A stretch of DNA of 64,000 nucleotides from Clostridium sp. CAG:1000 (GTDB lineage Bacteria; Bacillota_I; Bacilli_A; RF39; UBA660): NCBI GenBank assembly GCA_000436975.1, contig HG000336.1, forward strand, positions 26,519-90,518, written 5' to 3'. The notes under the pieces are model-generated. The model made no database searches. It had not been told where the DNA came from and saw nothing but the letters and a program-made list of their open reading frames with translations. Of this stretch, positions 1-9,880 are shown in pieces; the stretch's first letter is position 1; each line of letters starts with the position of its first letter. The translations under genes were made by a program, and so were the position numbers.

Positions 1-101
1 ATTTCCTGTAAGGTAAAAAAGCTGTTTTATACTAAACAACAAGACTTTAATTTATTATAATTTTTTAGTCTTGATTAATTTATTTAAAGATACAATTCAT
101 C

Positions 102-497
102 CTAAAAAAGATATAGAATTAGTATAACCAACAAGACAATATTATCACCAGTAGCTGGATTATTTATCTCTTCATTTAAAAGTACATATGTACTAAAATT
201 ATGAGTAATAAATTTAATATACTTTTTATTATTTTCTTCTACAACCACGCCATCATATTTTTCTTCAATATTAGAATTTTCAGAATAATAATATAGTTTA
301 TGATGAACCCCTACATCATAATTATTATCTATAGGAAAATAAACTTCAATTCCATCATCCATCTTTATAGTGGATGATTTAAAATTATAATAATTTTCAT
401 TTTCCCATAAAACTTTATTAATTTCATCATAGAATTCTTCACCATAATCCACATCATTTTTGAAATCGCCTTCTTTAATAAAATTACTTATATGCAT
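102..497 (-). CDS. hypothetical protein; the C-terminus ends in NPATG followed by a hydrophobic tail (a sortase-B-like sorting-signal look-alike), but the ORF has no N-terminal signal peptide
   Basis: ORF track. C-terminal ...NNPATGDNIVLLVILILYLF. The start overlaps cdd by 14 nt. Confidence 0.35.
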   Translation of the reverse strand: MHISNFIKEGDFKNDVDYGEEFYDEINKVLWENENYYNFKSSTIKMDDGIEVYFPIDNNYDVGVHHKLYYYSENSNIEEKYDGVVVEENNKKYIKFITHNFSTYVLLNEEINNPATGDNIVLLVILILYLF

Positions 498-879
498 TAA
501 TCCAATGATAAGGTTGTAATTCTTTTAATGCAACAAATTTTAAATCATTTTCTTTATTAGTCACTCCTACTAACACATTACCTGTCCAATAGTTAAGCCT
601 TTCTTGACAAATACCACACGGAGTTAGTACTTTAAAGTCACTATTTTCATCGTCTCTTACTACACATAAACAATGAGTAACCTTTTTGTTATATTTATGT
701 GCTTCACATATGGCGCCTGTCTCTATGCATAAAGTTGCAGACTCATTTTCCACCTCTATTGCAACGCTAGTATAATAATCATCTTCTTCTGTTCTTATAA
801 CTGCTGCTCCACCCCATCCTTTTGGATATCTTTTTTTAATTAAATCTACTGCAAGTAAATACATTTTATTTTCTATCAT
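484..879 (-). CDS. cytidine/deoxycytidylate deaminase family protein (Cdd/blasticidin-S deaminase-like)
   Basis: Zinc-binding deaminase motifs C-E-A-H ... TPCGICQERL. The size of ~130 aa is typical of homotetrameric Cdd. Confidence 0.6.
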   Translation of the reverse strand: MIENKMYLLAVDLIKKRYPKGWGGAAVIRTEEDDYYTSVAIEVENESATLCIETGAICEAHKYNKKVTHCLCVVRDDENSDFKVLTPCGICQERLNYWTGNVLVGVTNKENDLKFVALKELQPYHWINAYK

Positions 880-893
880 AACACTCTCCTAAC

Positions 894-1643
894 CTAAAAT
901 AATATTGCTACATTTCCATACATTAATATTCTAAGTATGCCAATTATTAATAAATGTAATGGATAATATACATAGAAAAACCATTTTATCGTTTTATTTT
1001 TACCTCTTGTGCCATCATAAAGTTTTAACACTCCATATGACAGTGCTGAGAATAATATCACTATACCATATAATTTATTTACAAATATAATTGAAATAAT
1101 TGAATAAATTAATAACCAAAACATCATTACCATTATTTGCTTTTTTAACTCACCCCTATATTTATACATATATAGTATTGCCATGACACCAATCGAACTA
1201 AAATCAGCTGGGAAAGTAATTAAGCAAATCAATAATACAAGCATAGTCTTTTCCCAATCTTTAAACTTATTATTACCATACACTACATAAAGAGCGACTA
1301 CTGCCCAAGCAAGTGTCCACATAATACTTGTTTGATTAAAAATGCCTTCTTTAAATGGAATAAAATTAATACCAAAAGCAAAACAATATGCAAAATGAGA
1401 AACTATAGAAAATATAAATAATCTCTTAATATACTTTTTTATATCATGGGTATAATAAAATCCTTCGCATATAAAGAAAAACATTATGGGCGCAGTTAAT
1501 CTACCTATGATATGCATAATAATACATACAATATTATTTTGCATACCGGGGTATAATAAATCAGCTATATGATCTATACTCATTGCGATTATAGCAATTA
1601 ATTTTAAATTATTTGAATTAAGTTTTTTCATATTATTCACCAA
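894..1643 (-). CDS. TraX-family polytopic membrane protein
   Basis: N-terminal LIAIIAMSIDHIADLL motif typical of the TraX family. Hydrophobic throughout. Confidence 0.45.
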   Translation of the reverse strand: MVNNMKKLNSNNLKLIAIIAMSIDHIADLLYPGMQNNIVCIIMHIIGRLTAPIMFFFICEGFYYTHDIKKYIKRLFIFSIVSHFAYCFAFGINFIPFKEGIFNQTSIMWTLAWAVVALYVVYGNNKFKDWEKTMLVLLICLITFPADFSSIGVMAILYMYKYRGELKKQIMVMMFWLLIYSIISIIFVNKLYGIVILFSALSYGVLKLYDGTRGKNKTIKWFFYVYYPLHLLIIGILRILMYGNVAILF

Positions 1644-1726
1644 TAATATTTTATCATAGAAAAAATAGGTTTCATAGAACCTATTTAATTATTGTTCAAT
1701 AACAAGATTAAAATATTCAAAAATAA

Positions 1727-2866
1727 TCACTTACAATATTCATTTATTTGCTCTGTTATGTATCTATGGTTATAATTTACATTTTGATATATATTATGTT
1801 CTTCTGGTAATTCATTTTCTTTTAACTCATCAAAGTCATAAAATCCCCAACTATTTTTAACATTATAGAACACAAATGTTATCGGCTCAGTAGTTATGTC
1901 CATACTCTTACATTGTTTTTTACCGACTTTTTCAAATGTACCAAACTTTACTAAAACATAAGCATATATTTTTTCATCTTTTATTTCACTAGCTACTATT
2001 TTATGCCCTTGAGCATATACAAGCTTTTTATCTTTATATTTATATTTTTCTTTTGTTAGATCCATTATTTCTTTTTTAACAGATATTTTTAATACATTTG
2101 AGTCAATTGGCGCATTTTCATTTGATATTATTTTAGTATAGTTATAACCACCTATTGCGGCTATAACTAAAATGAAGTTAACTACATAAGCCAAAACAGT
2201 AGGTACATCTCTTTTGGTTTCGGTTCTATATGCTTGCATAACTAACCAATCTACCATTGCAAAAATAATAGTTAAACTTACATTCTCAAGCATATCTAAT
2301 CTACCATATATAATCATATCAAAGAAACAAAAAGTTCCAAACATAATCAATATGAATGAAAGTAATCCGCCTAATACAAGCATTTGTAATTTTCTTAATC
2401 TTTTTTCATATTTTTTATATTTTGCCATACTATCGAAAACTTTTGATTGCTCATATATATAATCTTCTTCAATGTCAAAATATTTTTTTCCTTTCTTTTC
2501 ATCCTTTTCTATCATATCTAAAATTTTATCAGCATCTAAACTTTCCATTGTAAGATTCTCTGATATTATTTTTTTACATAATTTTTTAGAACCATTTAGT
2601 TCATTCATATTTTCTTCTATTGTTTTTAGTTGCCTTTGAACTATTTCATTTAATGTTCTAGCTCCTTTGTATAATCGTTTTATATCTATTATTGAAACAT
2701 CAAGTTTTCTAAGTATTATTGTTTTTTTAAGCATATCTAAATCTTCCTGTGTAAACTCTCTAGTTTCATCCGCAACATCCTCCGAATTAGGAAGTATTAT
2801 CTTGCCATAAAATTTAAGATTCATAGGATATAGATTTAATTTTTTCTCTACTTCTCTTGAATTCAC
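1727..2866 (-). CDS. MerR-like HTH regulator fused to a transmembrane segment and a C-terminal domain
   Basis: The N-terminus ...FTQEDLDMLKKTIILRKLDVSIIDIKRLYKG resembles the MerR HTH end. The central region has 3-4 TM helices. Confidence 0.35.
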   Translation of the reverse strand: MNSREVEKKLNLYPMNLKFYGKIILPNSEDVADETREFTQEDLDMLKKTIILRKLDVSIIDIKRLYKGARTLNEIVQRQLKTIEENMNELNGSKKLCKKIISENLTMESLDADKILDMIEKDEKKGKKYFDIEEDYIYEQSKVFDSMAKYKKYEKRLRKLQMLVLGGLLSFILIMFGTFCFFDMIIYGRLDMLENVSLTIIFAMVDWLVMQAYRTETKRDVPTVLAYVVNFILVIAAIGGYNYTKIISNENAPIDSNVLKISVKKEIMDLTKEKYKYKDKKLVYAQGHKIVASEIKDEKIYAYVLVKFGTFEKVGKKQCKSMDITTEPITFVFYNVKNSWGFYDFDELKENELPEEHNIYQNVNYNHRYITEQINEYCK

Positions 2867-3008
2867 TTTTATTCCTCCATATATTCAACTATAACTTATC
2901 AATCAGGCTTATAGTTAATACCCTTACCACTTTTTAGTACTACCATCAATTAATTATTTTACCAAAAAAATAGGCTATTTAAACCCATTTGAATAAATTT
3001 TAATGATA

Positions 3009-3914
3009 TTAATATTTATTTATAAAATTTAAAATATCATTATATACTTCTTTTTTAGTTTTTTCATTTAATATTTCATGTCTTAAATTTTTATATAATT
3101 TACTTTCTATATTCTTATATCCCATATCTTTTAAAAACTCTTTTAATTCAATGAATTTTTTTTCATTTTGAATAACTGGATCATCTGAACCTGCGATTAA
3201 AAGAATATCTAAATTTTTATTTTTAACTTGATAATCATTTTTTTTGAATGCTTGCCTCATTAGTTTATATAAATTAATAAATCCATTAGTTGTAAATATA
3301 AAACCACATAATTCATCATCATTATAAACACTTATATTATTTGTATTTTTAGAAAGCCAAGAGTTTTCATCTTTATATCCTTTATTATAATTACCAAATG
3401 TTAATGTATTTAAAAATTTGTTTCTCTTTTTCCCTAAGCCAAAGAATTTAAATGTATAAGAAAGTGCTATAGCGAAGGGTGTAAATGGATTATATGTAGG
3501 TGCTCCACAAAGTATTAATTTTTCAAGTTCAAAATCATACTTTTCAATATAGCATCTAGATACAAGTGTACCCATACTATGACTAAATAAATATATTTTT
3601 TTATTCTTAAGTTTATTTTTAATATACAAAGTAACTTCATGTAAATCATCAACAATATAATCAATATTGTCAGTATAAAAATAACCTAAATCATTATTGC
3701 TCTTAATACTCTTACCATGTCCTCTGTGATCATTAATAACACACGCATACCCATTACTAGCTAAAAACTTCATAAAATCAAAATATCTTTCTTTATGTTC
3801 AGCCATACCATGTGACAATTGTATAACACCAAGTATCTCACCCTCAGGTACGATGTAAGCAATATCAAGTTTTAATCCATCACACTTAGAAATAACTTCA
3901 TCAGATTTTATCAT
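3009..3914 (-). CDS. alpha/beta-hydrolase (lysophospholipase/monoacylglycerol-lipase-like)
   Basis: HGMAEHKERY oxyanion region and the GHSMG nucleophile elbow. Confidence 0.7.
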   Translation of the reverse strand: MIKSDEVISKCDGLKLDIAYIVPEGEILGVIQLSHGMAEHKERYFDFMKFLASNGYACVINDHRGHGKSIKSNNDLGYFYTDNIDYIVDDLHEVTLYIKNKLKNKKIYLFSHSMGTLVSRCYIEKYDFELEKLILCGAPTYNPFTPFAIALSYTFKFFGLGKKRNKFLNTLTFGNYNKGYKDENSWLSKNTNNISVYNDDELCGFIFTTNGFINLYKLMRQAFKKNDYQVKNKNLDILLIAGSDDPVIQNEKKFIELKEFLKDMGYKNIESKLYKNLRHEILNEKTKKEVYNDILNFINKY

Positions 3915-3935
3915 TCAAACCATCCCTATAATTAT

Positions 3936-4997
3936 TTATTTTATTAGCTTAACTAACCTACTAGTAACAATATTAAATAGAAAAGCCATCGCATAATTTA
4001 GTATAATAGCCCAAATAAGTACAAGTATAGCATTACCAGGAGCATATAATATAGGCATAAATATTTCTTTGGAGCAATTAAAGAATAAGCAATGAGTAAA
4101 CCACATTAGCATAGATAACTCACCTATTTTAATTAAAGGAATATATAGTTTCACATTAAATAATCTAGCTAATTTTATAAATGAATAGATAAATAATGGA
4201 GCATAAACTATATCTAAATTCATAGTCAAATCAAGTAAATGTCTTCTAGTAGAAATAGTTCCATAACCTACATATGGTACTAAATATTTAAGTAAGAAAC
4301 TTGATACCAACACAAAGAAGCATAATATAAGTCTATATCTTTCTTTAATATTAATAGATTCTAATTTATTAAATACATCATATTTTGAAACTAAGTATCC
4401 AGCAATAACAGTTGGATAAAATCTAATAAGATTATTAAGTATATCTACAATAATATCATTATTAAAAAATATACCTTTTAATGCATAAAATATTGTAACT
4501 GGAATAAATAAAAGTACTAGTACATTTTGAGTAGCATTCATTTTTTCTGATACTTTAGATATAAATGGCATTGTGATCATAACAATAACATAAAAATATA
4601 TATACCAACAAAAACACATTATAGTTCTTTTAAGGCTAAGACTTTCAAGTATAAAATTCCCAATACTAAAGTTATATGTATTAGTAAGTATACCTATTAT
4701 CATAAAAGTAATCATTACTACCCAAAAAGGAATTAATATTTTAAATATTTTTTTCAAAGATTGTTTTAATGTTTTATTTTTAGAAAAGACATATGTATAA
4801 CCAGTAATAAAACAAAAGATTGATACTGGATTAAACGGATGTCTAAATATTTGCGCAAATGTTTCTAAACTAGGATAACTTATACCATCTATATACATTC
4901 CAGGATAAGTAAACATATGATGAATATACATAAATATCAAAGCAACGCCCTTTAGTATATTTGTTTCTGTTAAAGAAATAAAATTATTTTTTTTCAT
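3936..4997 (-). CDS. polytopic membrane protein, probable acyltransferase family 3
   Basis: About 10 predicted TM helices at ~350 aa, the typical acyltransferase_3 architecture. Assigned from architecture only. Confidence 0.4.
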   Translation of the reverse strand: MKKNNFISLTETNILKGVALIFMYIHHMFTYPGMYIDGISYPSLETFAQIFRHPFNPVSIFCFITGYTYVFSKNKTLKQSLKKIFKILIPFWVVMITFMIIGILTNTYNFSIGNFILESLSLKRTIMCFCWYIYFYVIVMITMPFISKVSEKMNATQNVLVLLFIPVTIFYALKGIFFNNDIIVDILNNLIRFYPTVIAGYLVSKYDVFNKLESINIKERYRLILCFFVLVSSFLLKYLVPYVGYGTISTRRHLLDLTMNLDIVYAPLFIYSFIKLARLFNVKLYIPLIKIGELSMLMWFTHCLFFNCSKEIFMPILYAPGNAILVLIWAIILNYAMAFLFNIVTSRLVKLIK

Positions 4998-5089
4998 ATT
5001 ACCTCCACCCCACTATCAATATAGTAGCATCTACTTATAATATTAACAAAAAGTAATCACAATATCAATCATTTTAAAAAATAAATATA

Positions 5090-5707
5090 TCACATACTTA
5101 TTTTATTTTTAATATCATTAAGAGTAATAGGTCCTTCTCTTAATATTTTAATATTATTATTTTCTACTTTTACAATTGTTGATGCAACGCCAAATTTACT
5201 CTCACCATCATCAATATAAATATCAACATTATCATGAAAATCATTATATATACTTTCAATATTAGTTCCACTAGGTCTATTTGATATATTAGCACTAGGC
5301 GCAGCTATTGGTACATTACTATACTTAGATAAGTTTAATGCAATATCATTTTCTGGCATTCTAATACCTACTGTATTCCCACCATTAGTAAGTACATTAG
5401 GTACTATATCTTTCTTTTTAAGTATTATTGTAAGTGGACCAGGTAAAAATTCTTTTATAATTTTATATTCTAAAGGAGTAATATCTTTAGCTACCATATT
5501 AATCATTTCAAGAGATGAAACAATCAAATTAATAGGTTTAGTTATATCTCTTTGTTTTACTTCGTATAGTCTTCTAATAGCCCCTTCATCAAGTCCATTT
5601 ACGCCAATAGCGTATACAGTTTCAGTTGGAAAAACAACTATCTTTCCATTTCTAATTTCATGTGATACATCCATTAGTTCACTATCAGTAATATTTTTAT
5701 ATATCAT
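5090..5707 (-). CDS. tsaC: L-threonylcarbamoyladenylate synthase (YrdC/TsaC type)
   Basis: The N-terminal VVFPTETVYAIGVNGLDEGAIRRLYEVKQR YrdC signature. Single-domain size of 205 aa. Confidence 0.8.
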   Translation of the reverse strand: MIYKNITDSELMDVSHEIRNGKIVVFPTETVYAIGVNGLDEGAIRRLYEVKQRDITKPINLIVSSLEMINMVAKDITPLEYKIIKEFLPGPLTIILKKKDIVPNVLTNGGNTVGIRMPENDIALNLSKYSNVPIAAPSANISNRPSGTNIESIYNDFHDNVDIYIDDGESKFGVASTIVKVENNNIKILREGPITLNDIKNKISM

Positions 5708-5732
5708 AAAATCACCTACTTAATTAATTTTT

Positions 5733-7316
5733 TTAAAATAAAGGAGCAAACAATCTTAATATAGATTGCCATATTTCCTTAAAAAATCCTACTTTTGCAT
5801 CATTAATTTTGATATTTTTACATTTTGATATTGTATATGTAACATCTTGTTTTATATCAAATATTTCTTTAAGATCTTCCATATAAATACCATTTTCAAA
5901 ATGTAAATATAAACTTCTATAATCCATATTTATTGTACCAACTACCGCTCTTACATCATCAGATACAAAAACTTTAGAGTGTACAAAACCATCTGTAAAT
6001 TTATATATTTTTACCCCTGAATTTAACAATATTTTAAAGAATGAACACGTTAAAGTATATACTATTTTTTTATCAGGGATACCTGGTACTATTATTCTTA
6101 CATCTACTCCTCTTTTTGAGGCTCTTATTAATGCATTAATCATATCAGTATCTATAATTAAATAAGGAGTCATAATATAAACATATTTTTTTGCACTATT
6201 AATTATATTAATATAAATATTCTCAGCAACTAATTGCTTACCTAAAGGAGATATACCATAAGGCGATACATATCCCTTAGACTTATTATTAGATAAAAAT
6301 TCATATTTAAACTTTAATATATCACTATCTTCTTTAGTATTAGAATTCCATAATGTCAAAAACATAACAGTAAAATTCCAAACGGCTGGACCTTCTACTT
6401 TGATACCATTGTCTTTCCATATACCATATCTACTCTTAATATTAATATATTCATCACTAATATTAACTCCTCCTGTAAATGCAACTTTACCATCTATAAT
6501 TGTCATTTTTCTATGATCTCTATTATTCATAAATATTCCTTTAAAAGGACTCATTTTATTAAAAGACATACATTTAATCCCATATTTTTTTAATTCATTG
6601 GGATATTTTGTTGACAACATTGCGATACTACCCATATCATCATACATAACCCTAACATCTAAACCATCAGATGCTTTTTCTTTTAATATATTTAATATAC
6701 CATCCCACATTTTACCTTTATTAATAATAAAATATTCAATAAAAATATACTTTTTAGCTTCCTTTAAACTCTTTAATAACTCTGGATAAAATATTTCACC
6801 AAGACAATAATATTCAATTTTATTATCCTTTGTAACTGGAAATTTTGAATAATCAATAATATATTTTAAGTTATCAAGCTCTTTTTTATTTATTTCATTT
6901 CTTATATCAGAATCTTGTATTAAATATTTTTGATATTTTTTTTCTGTTTTATAAATATTTTTAAGTAATTTATTTTTTGCATAATTAGAACCCAATGTTA
7001 AAAATAATATTGTCCCAAATATAGGGAAAACAAGTATAAGCATTATCCACGGTATATCATTTGATAAACTAGTACTATCTTTTAATAATTTCAAAACAAT
7101 TAAAATACTTAATAAGTCATAAACAATACCAACGATAGTTATATTATCATGAAAATATACTTGTATTAGAATAAAAAAACCAAATTGTAATATTACTCCA
7201 AGTGCAACTATAATTGCTCTTTTAATTGCATTTAACATACTACTCACATCCACTTCTAATAATGTTTTCTTATTTATAACTGCTTTAATTATATCATACG
7301 AAATATTAATTGTCAT
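5733..7316 (-). CDS. cls: cardiolipin synthase
   Basis: Two PLD HKD motifs (HRKMTIIDG and HSKVFVSDD) and N-terminal TM helices. Confidence 0.85.
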   Translation of the reverse strand: MTINISYDIIKAVINKKTLLEVDVSSMLNAIKRAIIVALGVILQFGFFILIQVYFHDNITIVGIVYDLLSILIVLKLLKDSTSLSNDIPWIMLILVFPIFGTILFLTLGSNYAKNKLLKNIYKTEKKYQKYLIQDSDIRNEINKKELDNLKYIIDYSKFPVTKDNKIEYYCLGEIFYPELLKSLKEAKKYIFIEYFIINKGKMWDGILNILKEKASDGLDVRVMYDDMGSIAMLSTKYPNELKKYGIKCMSFNKMSPFKGIFMNNRDHRKMTIIDGKVAFTGGVNISDEYINIKSRYGIWKDNGIKVEGPAVWNFTVMFLTLWNSNTKEDSDILKFKYEFLSNNKSKGYVSPYGISPLGKQLVAENIYINIINSAKKYVYIMTPYLIIDTDMINALIRASKRGVDVRIIVPGIPDKKIVYTLTCSFFKILLNSGVKIYKFTDGFVHSKVFVSDDVRAVVGTINMDYRSLYLHFENGIYMEDLKEIFDIKQDVTYTISKCKNIKINDAKVGFFKEIWQSILRLFAPLF

Positions 7317-7330
7317 TTAATCACATTTAA

Positions 7331-7353
7331 AAGCAGGCATTTAAAGCCTGCTT
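7331..7353 (-). terminator. hairpin between lepB and cls (weak intrinsic terminator/attenuator)
   Basis: AAGCAGGC-ATTTAA-GCCTGCTT 8 bp stem, followed on the minus strand by TTTT. Confidence 0.35.
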
Positions 7354-7364
7354 ATTATAAATAT

Positions 7365-7859
7365 TTACTTTATAGAACCAATTCTATCAAGTGGATATAT
7401 TCTAATACTAACTTTACCAACTATATCCTCTTTTTTAAAATTACCCAATATTCTACTATCTTTAGATACAACTCTATTATCTCCAAGAACAAAGTATTCA
7501 CCATTCTTAGTTTCATATTCAAAATCTTGTGTTTTTTTAAATGAAAGATTAGTTTCAATTAATTTATCATTAATATAAAGTTTATTATCTGTATATCTTA
7601 TCTTTTCATTTGGAAGTCCAATAATTCTTTTGATAATTTTATCATTATCTTCTCTATTTTCTATAACAACTATATCAAATCTATTAACATCATTAAATCT
7701 ATAAGTTATTTTGTTTAGTATGACTATTTGTCCATCTAATAATGTATTATTCATACTATCTCCATCAACTATAGCTGGAGTTACTATATATGTTCTTATT
7801 ATAAGTACTGCCAAAACTATATATACATAGTCTTTAATTGAATTCCAAACTTTTTTCAT
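7365..7859 (-). CDS. lepB: signal peptidase I
   Basis: GDSMNNTL (box B Ser) and GDNRVVSKDSR (box E) motifs with an N-terminal TM. Confidence 0.85.
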   Translation of the reverse strand: MKKVWNSIKDYVYIVLAVLIIRTYIVTPAIVDGDSMNNTLLDGQIVILNKITYRFNDVNRFDIVVIENREDNDKIIKRIIGLPNEKIRYTDNKLYINDKLIETNLSFKKTQDFEYETKNGEYFVLGDNRVVSKDSRILGNFKKEDIVGKVSIRIYPLDRIGSIK

Positions 7860-7895
7860 ATTATCTCCTTTTAAGAAAAAATTAGGTAATAAAAC

Positions 7896-8234
7896 CTAAT
7901 TTCTTTCTTTAATTTTAAATGTTCCTTTGAATCCTTTTAAGAAGTTAAGTTTAGCTCTTCTTACTTTTCCTTTTTTAACAACAGTTATTTTTTCAATAAT
8001 AGGACTGTTTACTGGAAAAACTCTATTGATTCCAACATTCCCACTTTTCTTTCTAACTGTGAAAGTTTCAGAAACACTACCACCTTTACGAGCAGTAACT
8101 ATGCCTTCAAATGCTTGAATTCTTTCTCTTTTACCTTCTTTAATCTTAACATCTACTCTTACAGTATCTCCAACTTGAAAATCTGGAACGTTAGGATTAA
8201 TTTGTTTCTTATTGATTTTATCAATCAAATTCAT
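7896..8234 (-). CDS. rplS: 50S ribosomal protein L19
   Basis: Full-length L19 signature PDFQVGDTVRVDVKIKEGKRERIQAFEGIV. Confidence 0.95.
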   Translation of the reverse strand: MNLIDKINKKQINPNVPDFQVGDTVRVDVKIKEGKRERIQAFEGIVTARKGGSVSETFTVRKKSGNVGINRVFPVNSPIIEKITVVKKGKVRRAKLNFLKGFKGTFKIKERN

Positions 8235-8328
8235 TCTAATATCCTCCTTTGTGCTTTCTTTAATCTTACAATTAATGCATCGGATTAAGCGATATAATCA
8301 TATCACAAAAGATAAGATATGTCTAGCA

Positions 8329-9528
8329 TTAATTATTATTTTTTCTTTCACGCATTCTTTTTTCTATTTGATTTTCAATATTAATTCTTTGAACAATTGC
8401 GAATGATACAATAGTACATAAGCAATATGAACCACCATAACTTAGGAATGGAAGAGGAACACCCGTTAATGGAATTATTCCTAAAACGCCACCTAAATTA
8501 ACAAATATATGTAACAAGAAATATATACCTATACCATAACATATAATAGAATTTTGAAGTTCATAACAATTAGTCGCTATTTTAAATGTAAAATATGCAA
8601 TGGCCATATATCCAACAAGTATTGCTATTCCAAAAAGAACGCCAAACTCTTCTACTATAATTGGAAAGATAAAGTCAGTATGACTCTCTGGTAAATATAG
8701 ATACTTTTGTACTGAATTACTGATTCCACTTCCAAAAAGGCCCCCATTATCAATAGCTATATATCCGTTACACACCTGATATCCTGATACAGACTCATAC
8801 CTATCACATGGATTTTTATATATAAATCTAGTTAATCTATAATCACTTTCTAATACCTTTTGTGGTATTACTAAATATCCAAACTTAAGCACTAATATAG
8901 CACTTAGCATACCAACAATTGCTATAGTTTTAATTGCTTTAAAATATTTTTCATTGCATGGAACACTTATAAATATCAAAGCAAATAAAGCAAGCATAAT
9001 AGATGCAGAACCAAAGTCACCACCAAATAACACTATTAAAAATGCAAGCGCCGCTATTATCAAAGGCCTAATTCCATTAATAATAGAAATTGATTTATAG
9101 TCACTATGTTTCTTATTGACCCATGATCCATAATAAGAACCCATGTACACTATCATCGCTACTTTCATAAATTCAGATATTTGAACATTACCAAGAGTTA
9201 CATCACTAACTCCTGATGTAAATGCATTATTATATACAAAATATGCAACTAAGCCTATCATGATAACAGGTACTAAAAAGCCAGAAATCTTTCTATATAT
9301 CTTAGTTGGAAAAAATAAAATAATAATTGCTACAATAAAACTTACACCTATCCAAAAAAGTTGCCTTGTAAAAAAGAAATAAGGACTATTAGCTTTATAT
9401 GTTAGTGTTGCAGATATAAAAGACGCATCAAGTATTAAAAATGCCCCAAGCACAGCATAAATAATAGTCATTATAAGTAATGGCTTATTTGTAAATCTTA
9501 ATTGTCTTGTATTACTCTCTTTTTTCAT
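8329..9528 (-). CDS. FtsW/RodA/SpoVE family peptidoglycan glycosyltransferase
   Basis: SEDS-family features: ~10 TM helices, a conserved periplasmic loop, and ...PLPFLSYGGS at the C-terminus. Confidence 0.8.
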   Translation of the reverse strand: MKKESNTRQLRFTNKPLLIMTIIYAVLGAFLILDASFISATLTYKANSPYFFFTRQLFWIGVSFIVAIIILFFPTKIYRKISGFLVPVIMIGLVAYFVYNNAFTSGVSDVTLGNVQISEFMKVAMIVYMGSYYGSWVNKKHSDYKSISIINGIRPLIIAALAFLIVLFGGDFGSASIMLALFALIFISVPCNEKYFKAIKTIAIVGMLSAILVLKFGYLVIPQKVLESDYRLTRFIYKNPCDRYESVSGYQVCNGYIAIDNGGLFGSGISNSVQKYLYLPESHTDFIFPIIVEEFGVLFGIAILVGYMAIAYFTFKIATNCYELQNSIICYGIGIYFLLHIFVNLGGVLGIIPLTGVPLPFLSYGGSYCLCTIVSFAIVQRINIENQIEKRMRERKNNN

Positions 9529-9645
9529 ATTATCTATTTAAATTATACAAAAAATAATATAAAATGTAAATTATATACTAATAAAGTAGTGTCAATAGAT
9601 CATTAAATCCATAAAATAATATAGGTGACATAAGGAGGTATTTAT

Positions 9646-9855
9646 ATGTATTACTATGGATACAATGGCGGATATGCAAATGGAAATGGAATGTATTATA
9701 ATAACTATCCAGGATATTATAACAATGGATATGGTTATGGTGCTGCTATAATATTGGTATTATTTATATTATTAGTAATAATCTTTGGAGCAGGTTTCTG
9801 GAATAATGGTGGATGCAGTAATAACAACACTTGCAATAGTTGTTGTAATAATTAA
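9646..9855 (+). CDS. YjcZ-like small sporulation membrane protein (Gly/Tyr/Asn-rich N-terminus, TM, Cys-rich tail)
   Basis: Strong RBS TAAGGAGGT 7 nt upstream. The TM AAIILVLFILLVIIFGAGF matches the YjcZ-family core. C-terminal tail CSNNNTCNSCCNN. Confidence 0.5.
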   Translation: MYYYGYNGGYANGNGMYYNNYPGYYNNGYGYGAAIILVLFILLVIIFGAGFWNNGGCSNNNTCNSCCNN

Positions 9856-9880
9856 GAAAAGAGTTTCCTTTGAAACTCTT

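Noticed and set aside
2214-2553. Plus-strand ORFs (82 and 65 aa) inside the minus-strand 1727..2866 gene
   Set aside because: Antisense low-complexity ORFs typical of AT-rich DNA, with no RBS and embedded in a longer gene. The same reasoning applies to 6598..6789, 7927..8118, 15159..15383, 19152..19380, 20535..20735, 21734..21934, 22193..22420, 24546..24866, 25064..25498, 27307..27660, 30017..30241, 30552..30740, 32695..33030, 36931..37134, 42565..42846, 43356..43834, 49251..49571, 56592..56876 and 58887..59210.
8235-8328. Possible terminator between ftsW and rplS
   Set aside because: Only a 5-bp TTAAT…ATTAA stem with no convincing U-tract. Not reported as a feature.
9646-9855. Possibility that the YjcZ-like ORF is a low-complexity artefact
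   Set aside because: Kept as a gene. It has a perfect RBS at ideal spacing, a clean TM core matching the YjcZ family, and sits in a divergent intergenic region. Low-complexity translation alone would not give these features.
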